A stretch of DNA of 64,000 nucleotides, taken from Toensbergia leucococca (taxonomy: Eukaryota). Location of the stretch: contig JALDZS010000031.1 in the NCBI GenBank assembly GCA_022813965.1, positions 62,001-126,000 on the forward strand, written 5' to 3'. A program made the position numbers and the translations under genes. Each line of letters starts with the position of its first letter. Position 1 is the stretch's first letter. Shown here piece after piece: positions 35,125 through 45,894 of the stretch. The notes under the pieces are model-generated. The model did no database searches. It was not told where the DNA came from and saw nothing but the letters and a program-made list of their open reading frames with translations.

Positions 35125-37612
35125 ATGAACCGGCAAGGTGTGTTCCTTCCCCAATTGTTTTCAATATTTTTTTTCATCTATACCTTGCGTTTGGCCGCCG
35201 TGTCGAGCGCTCAGCATGGGATTCGCAGAGACTAGATGTGAATCGGGTTTTCTAGGAGCCTCGATAAAGCTGTGAATGTATCATCCTTCACTTCTCAAAT
35301 GTCAATCTTGGTATTCCCAGATCATCAACTTCTTTCGGGGAGCTCACTGGGCATTACTAAAGTTTGCGGGTCTGTGATCACACGTTGAACGGTTGCAGCG
35401 CTTTGACTAGCCTTACGTTACCCATTTGCCGTTCTTTACCTTCGCAAGAGGTCTTCCTGGATACACCAATGCACACTCGAATGCTAATGCATCTTTGTCA
35501 ACTACAGGTCCAGGCCCTCAACCCCTTCGAGGTTTCCCAGGCTTTCCTGGTCAACAAGCACCTCAGAGTCGGACCACGCCGTTAGGTTCAAGTAGATTAC
35601 AAAATGCCAAACTAGGTATATATAGTCCAAGCTGTTATTTGGCTCTAGCTTTGAGTTCTGGCTGAGTCAGGCTGTGGTAAAAGGCAATGGAAATACTTGG
35701 GGCTTTGGGATTCCAGCAAATGGTGCGCCAGGCCTATCAAGTGTTCAGGTACGACCAGCAGGCACGGGCACTAGTAGTTTTGCCCAAACAATCGGTGGCT
35801 CTCAACCTGCGACGCCTCTAGATTTGTCGTGAGTCTATTCTTCTATCGCATTCATGCCGCCCATACCCGAGTCCTACTTTAGGCACATTGATATGGCCAA
35901 CCAGAGCTCCGACAGCACTGAATCACCCGTTAACATTGATAACCACAGTGAATTTCCCTCATTGTCAGGCGCCCCTCAGCCCCAATATCAGAATCCAGGC
36001 CAAGCTGTATGGGCAAATGCCAATCAGCGTGCCGTTCAGCGAACCCCAGTCCAGCGTCCTCAACAGCAGCAACAAGCTAGCTCACAGCCTTTAGCTCAGC
36101 AACAAGCGCCCACTCAGCAGCCTCCAGATCATTCCCAACAACCCTCAGAGGAATGGTTTACTACAGCATCTCAGTTCACTGCCGGGCTGGATGATTATCG
36201 TCACGGTGGCCAAGGCGGCGTAGGTCAGCTATCTGGTTCCACTCAGCCCCAGCCAGGTAACATCGAAGAGTTCCCGCCTTTGAGTAGAAACGGCAATGGC
36301 GAGAATGGACATGATAGACGAGGCAGCCTAATGCAGAACGCTGCGTTTGGAGGTTATCCGAGCGAGAGTGTTTTTGCGCCACAACCGAACCCAGTACAGA
36401 ATCGACACTCTTTGTCAAATACAACAATCAGCCAGCTAGACAATGTGCGTTCTACCAATCTTATCGATAGAATTGTGTCACCAACTACGTTAGGTTCAGG
36501 AGGTATGTGGATGCTCTCGAAAGCAATGTGCTAGCATCAGCAGCTGAGGTAAGAATTCAGCTATATCGACTGCTCGATCTCCCGCCGAATCCATGCAAGA
36601 TAAAGGTGTAAGTGATTACATCGTGCACCGAGTCAAGACCACACTGATCATGTGGCGTATGTTCAGCCGACGACAAGGTCGAATGCACAGACCGCCAATA
36701 ACACCAATCCTATTTTTTCTAGTCTTCATGATTTTCAGGTTCCGGGCAAGTCCAACCCATTTCCCGAGTCTCAACAGCAATCTTCCATAGCTCAGCAGCA
36801 ACCAGCGCGCTTACAGCAGGGTTATGGAGGTGATCCCACGGACTCTCCTACCGCTGCGCATACTCCGGATCAAACGCCCTTGTCGCAGATGGGTGAACTT
36901 GATCGATTTGGTCTTGCCGGTCTTCTAGCAACCGTCAGGAGCGAGAACCAAGATGTTGCGACTCTAGCTATAGGTCAAGACCTAACGCAACTTGGCCTCG
37001 ATCTTAACTCCCCTGAGTAAGTCATTGCTGTGCCTTGATTCGGATGATTTCGATAGCTACTCATCTTCTCCTGTAGGCCACTTTACCCTACCTTCGCAGG
37101 GCCCTTCGCGACATCTGGATCGAGGCTTATGCAGCCAGATTTTCATTTGCCCCAGTGCTACACGGTTGAGAATGTCCATGACCTCATGACCAAGGTCCAA
37201 GGGTTTTCCGATGAGACACTGCTGTACATATTCTATACCCAGCCTCGAGACATCATGCAGGAAGTTGTGGCTACAGAACTGTAGGCTTTCTGCCCTGTGA
37301 TATGCCCCCGGTGCTGATTTCTTTAGCACCAACCGCAATTGGAGGTACCACAAGGAGCAACACGTATGGTTGACAAAAGACAATAGCGTCGGAGAACCCA
37401 TACCAATCAGCCCAGAGGCTGAGAAGGGAAGTTACATTTTCTTCAATCCTCATGCTTGGCAGAGAGAAAGGGTATGTGCGGAGCAGTTTAGTCCCTTGAG
37501 TATCTTGAATGATTCCTTAACTGACAAATGATGCCAGCACGACTTCGTTCTGCATTACAACGACCTGGACAACCACATTCCAGTTCGGCCGAATGGTTTG
37601 GGCATGGCTTAG
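35125..37612 (+). CDS. NOT2: CCR4-NOT complex subunit Not2 (multi-exon)
   Basis: MNRQG|PGPQPLRG start, DLSEFPSLSG, Gln-rich middle, and a NOT-box: DRFGLAGLL...LAIGQDLTQLGLDLNSP...PDFHLPQCY...FSDETLLYIFY...RNWRYHKE. Confidence 0.92.
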
Positions 37613-38870
37613 TGCTGAGGAATGGTGGCGTGGGTTCAACAAGGGGTATTATCTCAAGCTCTACCGGCGCTGGGTGGCAATTGAGACTTCGCATTTGTAA
37701 GAAGCCGCGGCGCTTATACCCACTTCCGTGGCATCAACATTGCTAGTAAGAAAGACATTGCATCTGCACTTGCCTGAGTTCGGCAGTGCCTGAATTAACA
37801 AATGATTGGGTGGCTCGGTGTGATCAGGATTACATGAGGACCCAACCAAGTCATACGTAAGGTACGGTCAATTTAGCGGTCGTTTGTCATTTGATCTTCA
37901 ACAGTACGGACTCACATGTGTCGCCTCATAAAAATCAAGATTATATCGGATTACATAGTGACGGTAGCTGACATTTAGTACCTGATATAGGATAATAATC
38001 CCTGATCAAGGTAATCAAAAAGAACCTGCTTCGCTGATGGATACGTTCTGATTCCGTCAACACCCTCATGTTCATACCGCCTGCAAACCATCTCAAGCAC
38101 CTCATCTGCCATTTTGTAGCATACCTACCAGTTTCGTTGTAAGACTTGTGTTTTTGAATATTCTTGTAAGTATACTTCATCGCAAATCAAGTTGCAATAT
38201 ATCTCAATCACTACAACATCCAAGAGCTACATAAGCAGGAACTGAGGTGGTGTTTCGTTTGTCATCCAAACCAAGACCGCCGTTGATTCTGCCCACGCCA
38301 TTCCTATCCGCCAAATAGGTTGCGGTGACGGTTCAACAGACGACTTCACATACCTGAAATGTGTTTGTCTCATTATTAACGTCGGTGCAAAGCTTTTACC
38401 TACCATCTAGACCAAGGAACACCTCAACAATGACCATCCTTCCTCGCCGAAAACTTCTTCCTCTGCCCGTGGAATATCATTCAAAAAACGGAGACGAAAA
38501 GCAAAATAATCAACGAGGCTGTCGAGATAAAAGTCAAGACAAAATGCTTTCCGAGACATGACAATCTCCACCCGCTCGCGAAATCGTCATCGAACGAAAA
38601 CAATGCTTTGTCCAGGGAGGATGAACAACAACACTTACTCAGCTCCCCCCAATTTCCCCCAAAAGCATATAAACCCCCCAGCCAACCCAACCTCACCCTC
38701 CCCTCAAACCCAACCCCATCCCTCTTCACACAGAAAAACCCCAGCCCATCCCTCCAAAAAAAAAAAAAAAAAAACACACCCTCCCGTCCAGACACACAAA
38801 AAAAAACCCCCCCAGAGAGAGAGAAACACAATCTCCAACCCCAAAAAAAAGCGAGAGAGAGAGAGAGACC

Positions 38871-39110
38871 ATGTGCCTAGCGATCAACTTCCGCTACACC
38901 TGCGGCCACTGCAAGACGCACCATTACGAGTACTGCAACGACTTCCGCAAATGCGCGGGCAATGAAGTGCGAGAGGCGAGGATTTGTAGCCCTTGCGCTG
39001 TTTGTAGGAATAGAGGAGCTTCGAGGGAAAAATTGGCTGGGAATTTGGGGATGTGGAGGAGGGTTTTTTTTGGAGAGGGGGGGGGGTCGAAGGAGTGGAA
39101 TCTAGGTTAG
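38871..39110 (+). CDS. Small Cys/His-rich protein (MC-x8-CGH type)
   Basis: MCLAINFRYTCGHCKTHHYEYCNDFRKCAG...CSPCAVC. Good start context (accATG) and a normal-complexity island within homopolymer DNA. Confidence 0.55.
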   Translation: MCLAINFRYTCGHCKTHHYEYCNDFRKCAGNEVREARICSPCAVCRNRGASREKLAGNLGMWRRVFFGEGGGSKEWNLG

Positions 39111-40573
39111 GTAGGTAGGGAATTGTAGGTTAGATTGCAGAGGGGGTTTTTTCTTTTGGGAAAGGGCTGCTAAGCGTGGTGTATGGAGTGTGTGTTTGTA
39201 TAACTCGGTCAACTCTTTTTAATTGAAGGGATTTTTGGTAGGTCTAGATGGAGTGGAAACTTGCATGCGATTTCTTGATGTAGTTGTTTGAAAATGGAGA
39301 TAGCAAGTGTATGCATGGCCTTCAAAGGGTGATTGGTGGAAAAAGTAATAGTAAAATAGAAAACTCATTATTGAAGGTGTTTTGTGGATTCTATTCTGGG
39401 AGATAACGCACATGCACGCAAGAAGTCTTTTCAGTAAAAAGAAACCCGCATCTTCCTCCTCGATACTGCAACGCCGCAAAACCCCCTAACTGCAATCGTA
39501 GGGGCTCTAGTACTGTCTGTAATGCTTTTTTTGCGTGGAGCTCGCATGCCTACGATGGCAGATTCAAAGCTGAGGCGTGTGGCTGAAACAGACAGGGCGA
39601 TGCGGAAGGTGGATGGGGTTGAGGGCGAGGGTGCAGATGGCTGGAGAGTGCGGAGGGGAAGTTTTTGCGAAAGATGTAAATATCGCGAGTGCGAGGCTGA
39701 TTCTGACTTGGGGTGCTGAGTTGACTTTTTGGGGCGCTCTGGGGATCGTTCTTGGGGGGTTTTTTTGGTGTATGAGCTTTTTCTGGCGGAGGAAGTTGTA
39801 TGCGAAGCTGTTCTCGGCTGGTAGGAGGAGGGGAAGATGAAGTGGGGGGATGTGAGAGCGGAGTAAGGAGATGTCGTAGGTTGAGATGGGTTTTTGTTGT
39901 AGTTTAGAGACGCATTCGTCTTTTTGAATCAGGCTGTTTTGATTATCGAATTAAAGCAGCTATAGTCAATTCAAGGAAGGAGGGCGTCTTCAAGGAGGTC
40001 ATTAGTCGCAGTTGCTGCTACTTTTCAAATTCTCTCAAGGCTTGAAATTCAAAGCAAACTTTCATCCGAAATGGTAGCCACTGCTTTCCTGGAATTCGGA
40101 CCATTGCATGCAATACTCCTGATAATGTCGAGGCATTTCAGCTTTCAAGAACTGACGTAAAAGTTTTCGCCGAGGACAAAGATCTCCCAACTACAAAATC
40201 CCTACGTGGCTTCCTAGGTTGTTATTGTTCCTCGGGGTATTTTTGATCTTGTCGCTTCCCAATAACAGTGGCCATTTTCCGGGCCGTTGCTTCTCCCTAT
40301 AGTATTGACTCTATGACCTTCCAAACATCGCTGTGGCGTTCTGGGTCCTCGCTTCCTCCGGACATGGTCGATTCCTAATTTCAGTCAGGGTTTCCTGCAT
40401 CCTCGTCCCTCGGAACAATATTGATTTCCCATTAATTTCTCAGACATCAGCGATTCTTGGGCCTCTATTTGAAAACCGCATGGATACGGATTCAAAAGAT
40501 GAAGAGCTCGATCTCGTTGCCTTAAAAAAAAAGCGTATAGATTCTCCAATTGATAGCGTCGCGGATGCCTTCT

Positions 40574-40920
40574 TCACCCATCACCGATACACCAGGCTGT
40601 TCCATCGCTAAAAACATGCCCGTAGCGTTTTCGACGAGATAAGTTGCAAGTATGTCGGGCTTCCTGACGCATACGCCTGGTCATCCTCCTTGAAGATGAA
40701 ATTGACATCTTGAACAGAGGTGACAATCCTCTTCGCCGTCTCACTCTGTCCTGTCCACTTCCGGCGCCCCTAATATCACACTCTTCATCTGTCTTCGCCA
40801 AAACTTCTTTCACGTTTCGCTCTGATTCACTCACTCTGATCACTCAATCAGCTGTCCTTCACTCCTCTCATCACAGCTTCTTCTCATCTCAAGGCCTTTC
40901 TTGTTCCTTTGCCCTGCGTT
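40574..40920 (-). pseudogene. Decayed coding remnant with CGA-to-TGA nonsense changes
   Basis: Five in-frame TGA codons (40891, 40873, 40870, 40861, 40846) within 16 codons of a K/R/E-rich run that continues into ORF 40843-40574. The boundaries are uncertain. Confidence 0.5.
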
Positions 40921-42647
40921 GAGAACATACACAGAGAGCATCAAGCCAACACCACTGAAAGGATTGCGAGATATATTCTGTTGTTGCAGTCCTCCATTTT
41001 AAAAGACCTCCCTTCTCTTCATCATCCTGTACAACAAGTATTTGTTTCTTTAGTTCGATTTTAGTTCGATGGAATTACTGCTCCACATTCCCTATTGTCA
41101 GCATGTGCTATATTATACTCATATAAATATAAATACATAGCCCAAAGCCCCGATTACATACATTCCCGGCCTCTCCAAGAGTCGTATTCTACGTACACAA
41201 TCTTGGACGTGACCACTATCTCTACCGGATCTGTCAATCGGCCTTTTTGCCAGCCACTTGAGATAGTGACGCTGCATGCGTTCTCCGGCGTTGAGATCCC
41301 CGAGGGGTCACCAATCCATTTCCATGCCAAAGACTTGCATTTCAATGTTCGTTCTGGCGCCGCGTATGTGTAATTTTTGAGTATTGTGTTTGACTGTAGA
41401 CTTATGAATATTTTTTGAAAAAAGGCAGAAGCCGAAGCAGGCCCGGCCGGGCAACGAGAAGCCGTAGCAGCAGCAAGTTGACGACATAGCTGGAGAGAGG
41501 AAGACGAAGAAGAATAAGAAGGAGAATTTGAGGAGGGCGAGAAATTGGGAGAGGGAAAGAGATGAGAGAGAGAGGGAGGAGGGGATGAAGGAGACAGAGA
41601 ATGGACCCATGGAGAAGCCAACCACTAGGAAACGGACGCCTAACTTTCACACATCAAAAAATGAAGTCTCCTTTGCACCCACGAACTTGGTTGGAAACGC
41701 AAGACGCAGATGCAAAACTCACATCAGACCAGAGTTCACTTCCTCCCCACTATTGGCACATGGATTCATCTACCGAGATGGTCGCCATACTCAAGCGTTA
41801 CGCCTACACTCAACAACCGCAGTCCTGGGTCATAAAGCTCTAAGGGCATGAGGGAGCCAATTAGGGCTGGAAGAAGATGGCGGGGTTGGATTCCTCCTGT
41901 CATCCGTATGAATGTGCAGTATATGGGAATGGGCGTTGTTGCTTCATTGATCACAGGACGAGCTGCCGGCTCTCGCTGTCTTCGCCGCATATCCCGGGCT
42001 TGAAACTGGCATGGTTCGAATCCCTTGACTGCAAGCTTCTTCGTCTTCTTTCCACGTATATCCCGAGGCAATGCGTTGAAGTTAGACTCTGATCAAGCCA
42101 ACCAAAAGAATTCCCCAATCAGCTCCATCTTCCTACTCCTGCATATCACAATTCTGTGTTTCAATACATACGCCCAAACTCTACCAGAAACCCAGATTTA
42201 TATATAGAAACTTGCTCTTGCATGCCGAATTTGACGATTGTTTATTGGCGGCAAAATCGTTGCTGGGTCAGTCAAGCCTGCACATGTATGCGTTGACAAA
42301 CGTTAGCCCTAACGCTACGTCTGAATAGCTTCTCGTTTCCTAGATTCGCCACTCTGCGGCTTGATTTGCTTCTGATACTTGCATCAAGTAGTCAGATACG
42401 GACCTCGTTGGTAAGAAAGAAACCTTTCAACAGGCCAGCTGGTCAAATTCTTTTCTCTCTCGTGCAAAGGGCTTGAATCACCTCCTCTTTCGAGAATGCA
42501 TAAGTAGGACTCTGTTCTCCCAGCTTCTTTCAATTGCAATTCACTTCACTCACTCACAATACAAACAGCTCACCAGCACTCACTCACAACACAAATAACT
42601 CACTAGCATTCTTTAGACTCAACTACCGCTTTCTCCACCTCGTCACT

Positions 42648-44684
42648 ATGAGGTCTTCATTTGCTTTCGTCGTCTTGGCTACCGTCTTCTTCTCCCTCGT
42701 CTCTCTCGCAGCCGGCAGCCCCTATAGAAAGGATTTGCCCATACTTCCCTACCCCTGGGAAGACAAGCCTCACCGCCCGCATCCACTGATTTTCGAGAAC
42801 GGAGACAGCCTAACCCGGACAATGTGCTACTGTGCCACGGATTCAACGGACAACGACCTCCAAGCCGGCGCCTACTACCATTTCGCCTACCACTCGCACC
42901 GTTATAACAAGGATTTCCACGCTAATCATATGTGTCTCGCACCGGAACTTACCAACCGCTGCACAACCACGTTCAAGCAGACGGAGAAGCATTGCCGCGA
43001 TTTCTCTCCGGGCTGGCACTTTTGCTACGACCAGCAAGGTGAACACGGGGACAGTTTCTCCGTCAACGGCCAAAGACGTCATCTGCCCAAGCATCCCTCG
43101 CACAAACTCCCAGACTTCACCGCTATGGATTATCAAAGGCCTTACGGATACAAACCAAACTCCGTCCTGGCAGTATGCTCGAAGATATGCAAGGATGAAT
43201 TCGATCTGGAAATCATGGATCCCTTTGGTAAATATCGCCAGAGCAAGGTTGAAACGTTCAGCGGTCTTAAGGACATTTGCTTCGATTGCGAGGACGCTCC
43301 CAAAGAAATGGGTTGTGAGAATGGTTGCAAGAATAAGAGGGACCTGAACTCGACAAAGGTGAGCTGGAATTCGACAATGCCGCAATTGAACTCCACATCC
43401 TCTGGTACAGACTCCGTAGCATTAGACAATGCTCTGATTGTTAAGAGCGAGAAGTTGGAGACGGTCTCGACCTCAGAGGATTTGGTTATCCCCAAACGCC
43501 CTTACCCATATTCCAGTCGACATGGGAAACGCTGCATGAAAAAGGTCAAAGACTTTGACATGCATGGCTCGCCTAAGTGGGGACTGGGATGCGAGGGTGT
43601 GAGGGAGTGCTATAACAATGGGGACTGCAAGGACTTTGTCGGCTGTTGCGACATCCCTATTTCGGGGCTATTCAATGGACCACCAGGTGCGAGATACTGC
43701 AGGCACGCGGTGAAACATTTCAACATTCACGAGTCGTCAAAGCACGGGCGGGACTGCGATGGTGTGAGAGAGTGCTATCGTAATGGAGATCGCAAAGAGT
43801 TTAGGGGTTGCTGCCACATCCCTTACTCAGATCGTGGATCAGAATTTCCCAGTACCTGGCCTAATACTGGATCACCAGGTCAGAGACACTGCAGCCAAGC
43901 GATAAAAGCCTTCGATACTACTCCTGAATCGTCAAAGTGGGGATCGGGATGCGTCGGTGTGAAGAGATGCCTTCTTAGTGGAGGTTGCCAAGAGCTTCTC
44001 GGTTGTTGCCATACTGGATTCCGGTTACGGCCCCACGATCCAGAGCAGAAAAGGGAGTTGAACTCGACGATGCCGAGCTTGAATACAACAGCTCCGTATC
44101 TGAATTCAACAGGTCCCTTGTTGAATTCGACAACCGCCAACATCACTTTTACATCGACAGGTAATACTTTGATGTCTCGGGCTTTGAATTCGACAATACC
44201 GGCAGGCTTGAACACAAAAGCTCCATATGTGAATTCGACAGCCGTCAACATGAGCTCCACGTTTCCTGGCAAAGAGCTGTTGTCTCGGGGTATGAATTCA
44301 ACAAATGTCAGCACAAATTCCACATTGGCAGGCAGGACTTTGATGTCTCAGGGATTGAACTCAACGATGCCGGCAAGCTTGAACTCTACAGTCCCGTGCC
44401 TGAACTCAACGACTCCCGGGATGAATTCAACAGCTTCCAGCGCAAACTCCACGTCACAAACCACATCTCTGCAGAAGCGAGACACAAACTCATCATCCAC
44501 CTTGGTCTCCCGCTCCATGCCCATGTACAAGGTATGGATGAAACACTGCGACATACTGCGGAAAGATTACCCAGAAGGATTTCCTCTTGGAACAAACGAC
44601 GTCACGCTAAGATGCGAGGGTGTGCAAACATGCTTTGCCCAAGGCGGCTGCCGGGGGCCTGCGTGGTTCCATTGTTGCCATTAG
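42648..44684 (+). CDS. Secreted cysteine-rich repeat polyprotein with Kex2-type processing sites (678 aa, intronless)
   Basis: ATG at 42648 gives the signal peptide MRSSFAFVVLATVFFSLVSLAAG. It is followed by a Cys-rich N-domain, four six-Cys modules, and LNST-repeat spacers bounded by KR and LxxR motifs. Confidence 0.9.
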   Translation: MRSSFAFVVLATVFFSLVSLAAGSPYRKDLPILPYPWEDKPHRPHPLIFENGDSLTRTMCYCATDSTDNDLQAGAYYHFAYHSHRYNKDFHANHMCLAPELTNRCTTTFKQTEKHCRDFSPGWHFCYDQQGEHGDSFSVNGQRRHLPKHPSHKLPDFTAMDYQRPYGYKPNSVLAVCSKICKDEFDLEIMDPFGKYRQSKVETFSGLKDICFDCEDAPKEMGCENGCKNKRDLNSTKVSWNSTMPQLNSTSSGTDSVALDNALIVKSEKLETVSTSEDLVIPKRPYPYSSRHGKRCMKKVKDFDMHGSPKWGLGCEGVRECYNNGDCKDFVGCCDIPISGLFNGPPGARYCRHAVKHFNIHESSKHGRDCDGVRECYRNGDRKEFRGCCHIPYSDRGSEFPSTWPNTGSPGQRHCSQAIKAFDTTPESSKWGSGCVGVKRCLLSGGCQELLGCCHTGFRLRPHDPEQKRELNSTMPSLNTTAPYLNSTGPLLNSTTANITFTSTGNTLMSRALNSTIPAGLNTKAPYVNSTAVNMSSTFPGKELLSRGMNSTNVSTNSTLAGRTLMSQGLNSTMPASLNSTVPCLNSTTPGMNSTASSANSTSQTTSLQKRDTNSSSTLVSRSMPMYKVWMKHCDILRKDYPEGFPLGTNDVTLRCEGVQTCFAQGGCRGPAWFHCCH

Positions 44685-45513
44685 CTGGACAGTAAAGCTC
44701 CGGCGGGGTTAGAGATGGTGAGATTGGGGGCAGGGGTTAAGTCTAGGCTTGGAACGTTGGCGTTAAGTATTTGTGGATCTGAAGTTTGAGGGGTATCAAA
44801 GAAGGCGTTTGGTTGAATTCTGTTGGATCTGATTGAGATCGGGGGATAGAGGTGGTGGAGGGCTTATGCCCTTTTATGTAGTGTTTAATTCCTAGTTAAT
44901 TACGTAGAATTTTTCCCAGTGGAGTGGACAAACTTACTTTGATTTCTAATAAATTCTTGTCTCGGTTCACATATGGTCGCTATTTGGAACCCCTTTTTCC
45001 GCTTTCTCGAGCAGAGAATAGCTTGTGAGTTAGAAAAGATGAATTCGCTGTTAGCAAAATGTGAGCGTCTTGGAAGTAGACTTTTGACAGATTTTCAAGG
45101 AGAGTAGCATGGTCTTTGTATTGTGGATGCTTCTTGGGCTTCAGTAACTGGAGAGGTTTCGAAGGAGGCGATGAAAGAGAGGACGTAGTCTTGTAAGGAG
45201 CACGGAGGGTGAGGTTAGATTTAGAGTGTCGCTTATTCGATTAATAGCCTCGAGCTCAATTTTCAGGTTTACGCGTTAGGGTTAGGGTTGACATCAAACG
45301 CTCATGGTCTCTTCATACGTCTCCTTACACATTCCAAAAGAAATATTGAGACGATTATCTCGATACGTGTAAGATACTCAGGTATCTCTAATGCGTAAAT
45401 TGAGTGAAATTAGAAAGAACCCTCGAGTATTCATTCCCTCACTGCCCCCTGATCGCAAAACCCAAGATCCCACACACCAACACCTCCCGCAAAAAAAAAT
45501 GCCCATCCAGTCT

Positions 45514-45894
45514 TTATACTCGTACTCGTCCCACTGGCGTCCTCTTCGTGCTCTGGGGTAGCGTCTGCATCCTCACACCACTTTGCCCTTCCCAGCCATC
45601 GTTGCTGTCACGATAGCCCTCCTCCCCCTTCTCGGTATCCCTTGACAGCCCCTTCTTGGCCCTCTGCTTCCTCGAATAATATCGTACCGTACAAATAAAG
45701 ACCGCTGCGAGGATCGCGAGGAACATAAGTGACCAGAAGAGACTGGGGCCACTCGTTTCCGGTTCGGGTTGTTGATCAATGGGTGGGAGGATCGTTGGAG
45801 AGGTGACTGCGGCGAATGCAGTGGCTGTTGTGCTATTTCGGGGGTTGTGGTTTGAGCTGAAGAAGGGGCGGTGACTGGGGAGCATGAAATTCAT
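45514..45894 (-). CDS. Small orphan single-pass membrane protein
   Basis: Hydrophilic N-terminus with an NST sequon, TM segment LFWSLMFLAILAAVFICTV, then the basic cluster RYYSRKQRAKK. Confidence 0.6.
   Translation of the reverse strand: MNFMLPSHRPFFSSNHNPRNSTTATAFAAVTSPTILPPIDQQPEPETSGPSLFWSLMFLAILAAVFICTVRYYSRKQRAKKGLSRDTEKGEEGYRDSNDGWEGQSGVRMQTLPQSTKRTPVGRVRV

Noticed and set aside
35360..35436. Short 18S rRNA-like words (ggtctgtgat, gccgttctt) in the NOT2 intron
   Set aside because: They are 9-10-nt matches in the sense orientation with no adjacent D box on the other strand; consistent with chance.
37965..38020. TPP-riboswitch-like words (ctgaca...cctgat...gataat)
   Set aside because: The CTGAGA element and the closing GCG-AGG segment are missing, and no thiamine gene is nearby.
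41990..42030. tRNA-like T-loop GGTTCGAATCCC
   Set aside because: The T-stem and anticodon stem do not pair, and no acceptor stem or D-arm is present.
42534..42647. TTG-started N-terminal extension of the secreted polyprotein in the ORF track
   Set aside because: It is made of a 30-bp tandem duplication typical of a 5' UTR. The ATG at 42648 directly begins a clean signal peptide.
45276..45290. TTAGGG telomeric repeats (also near 45900)
   Set aside because: Only about two units each; not a telomere or an interstitial array.
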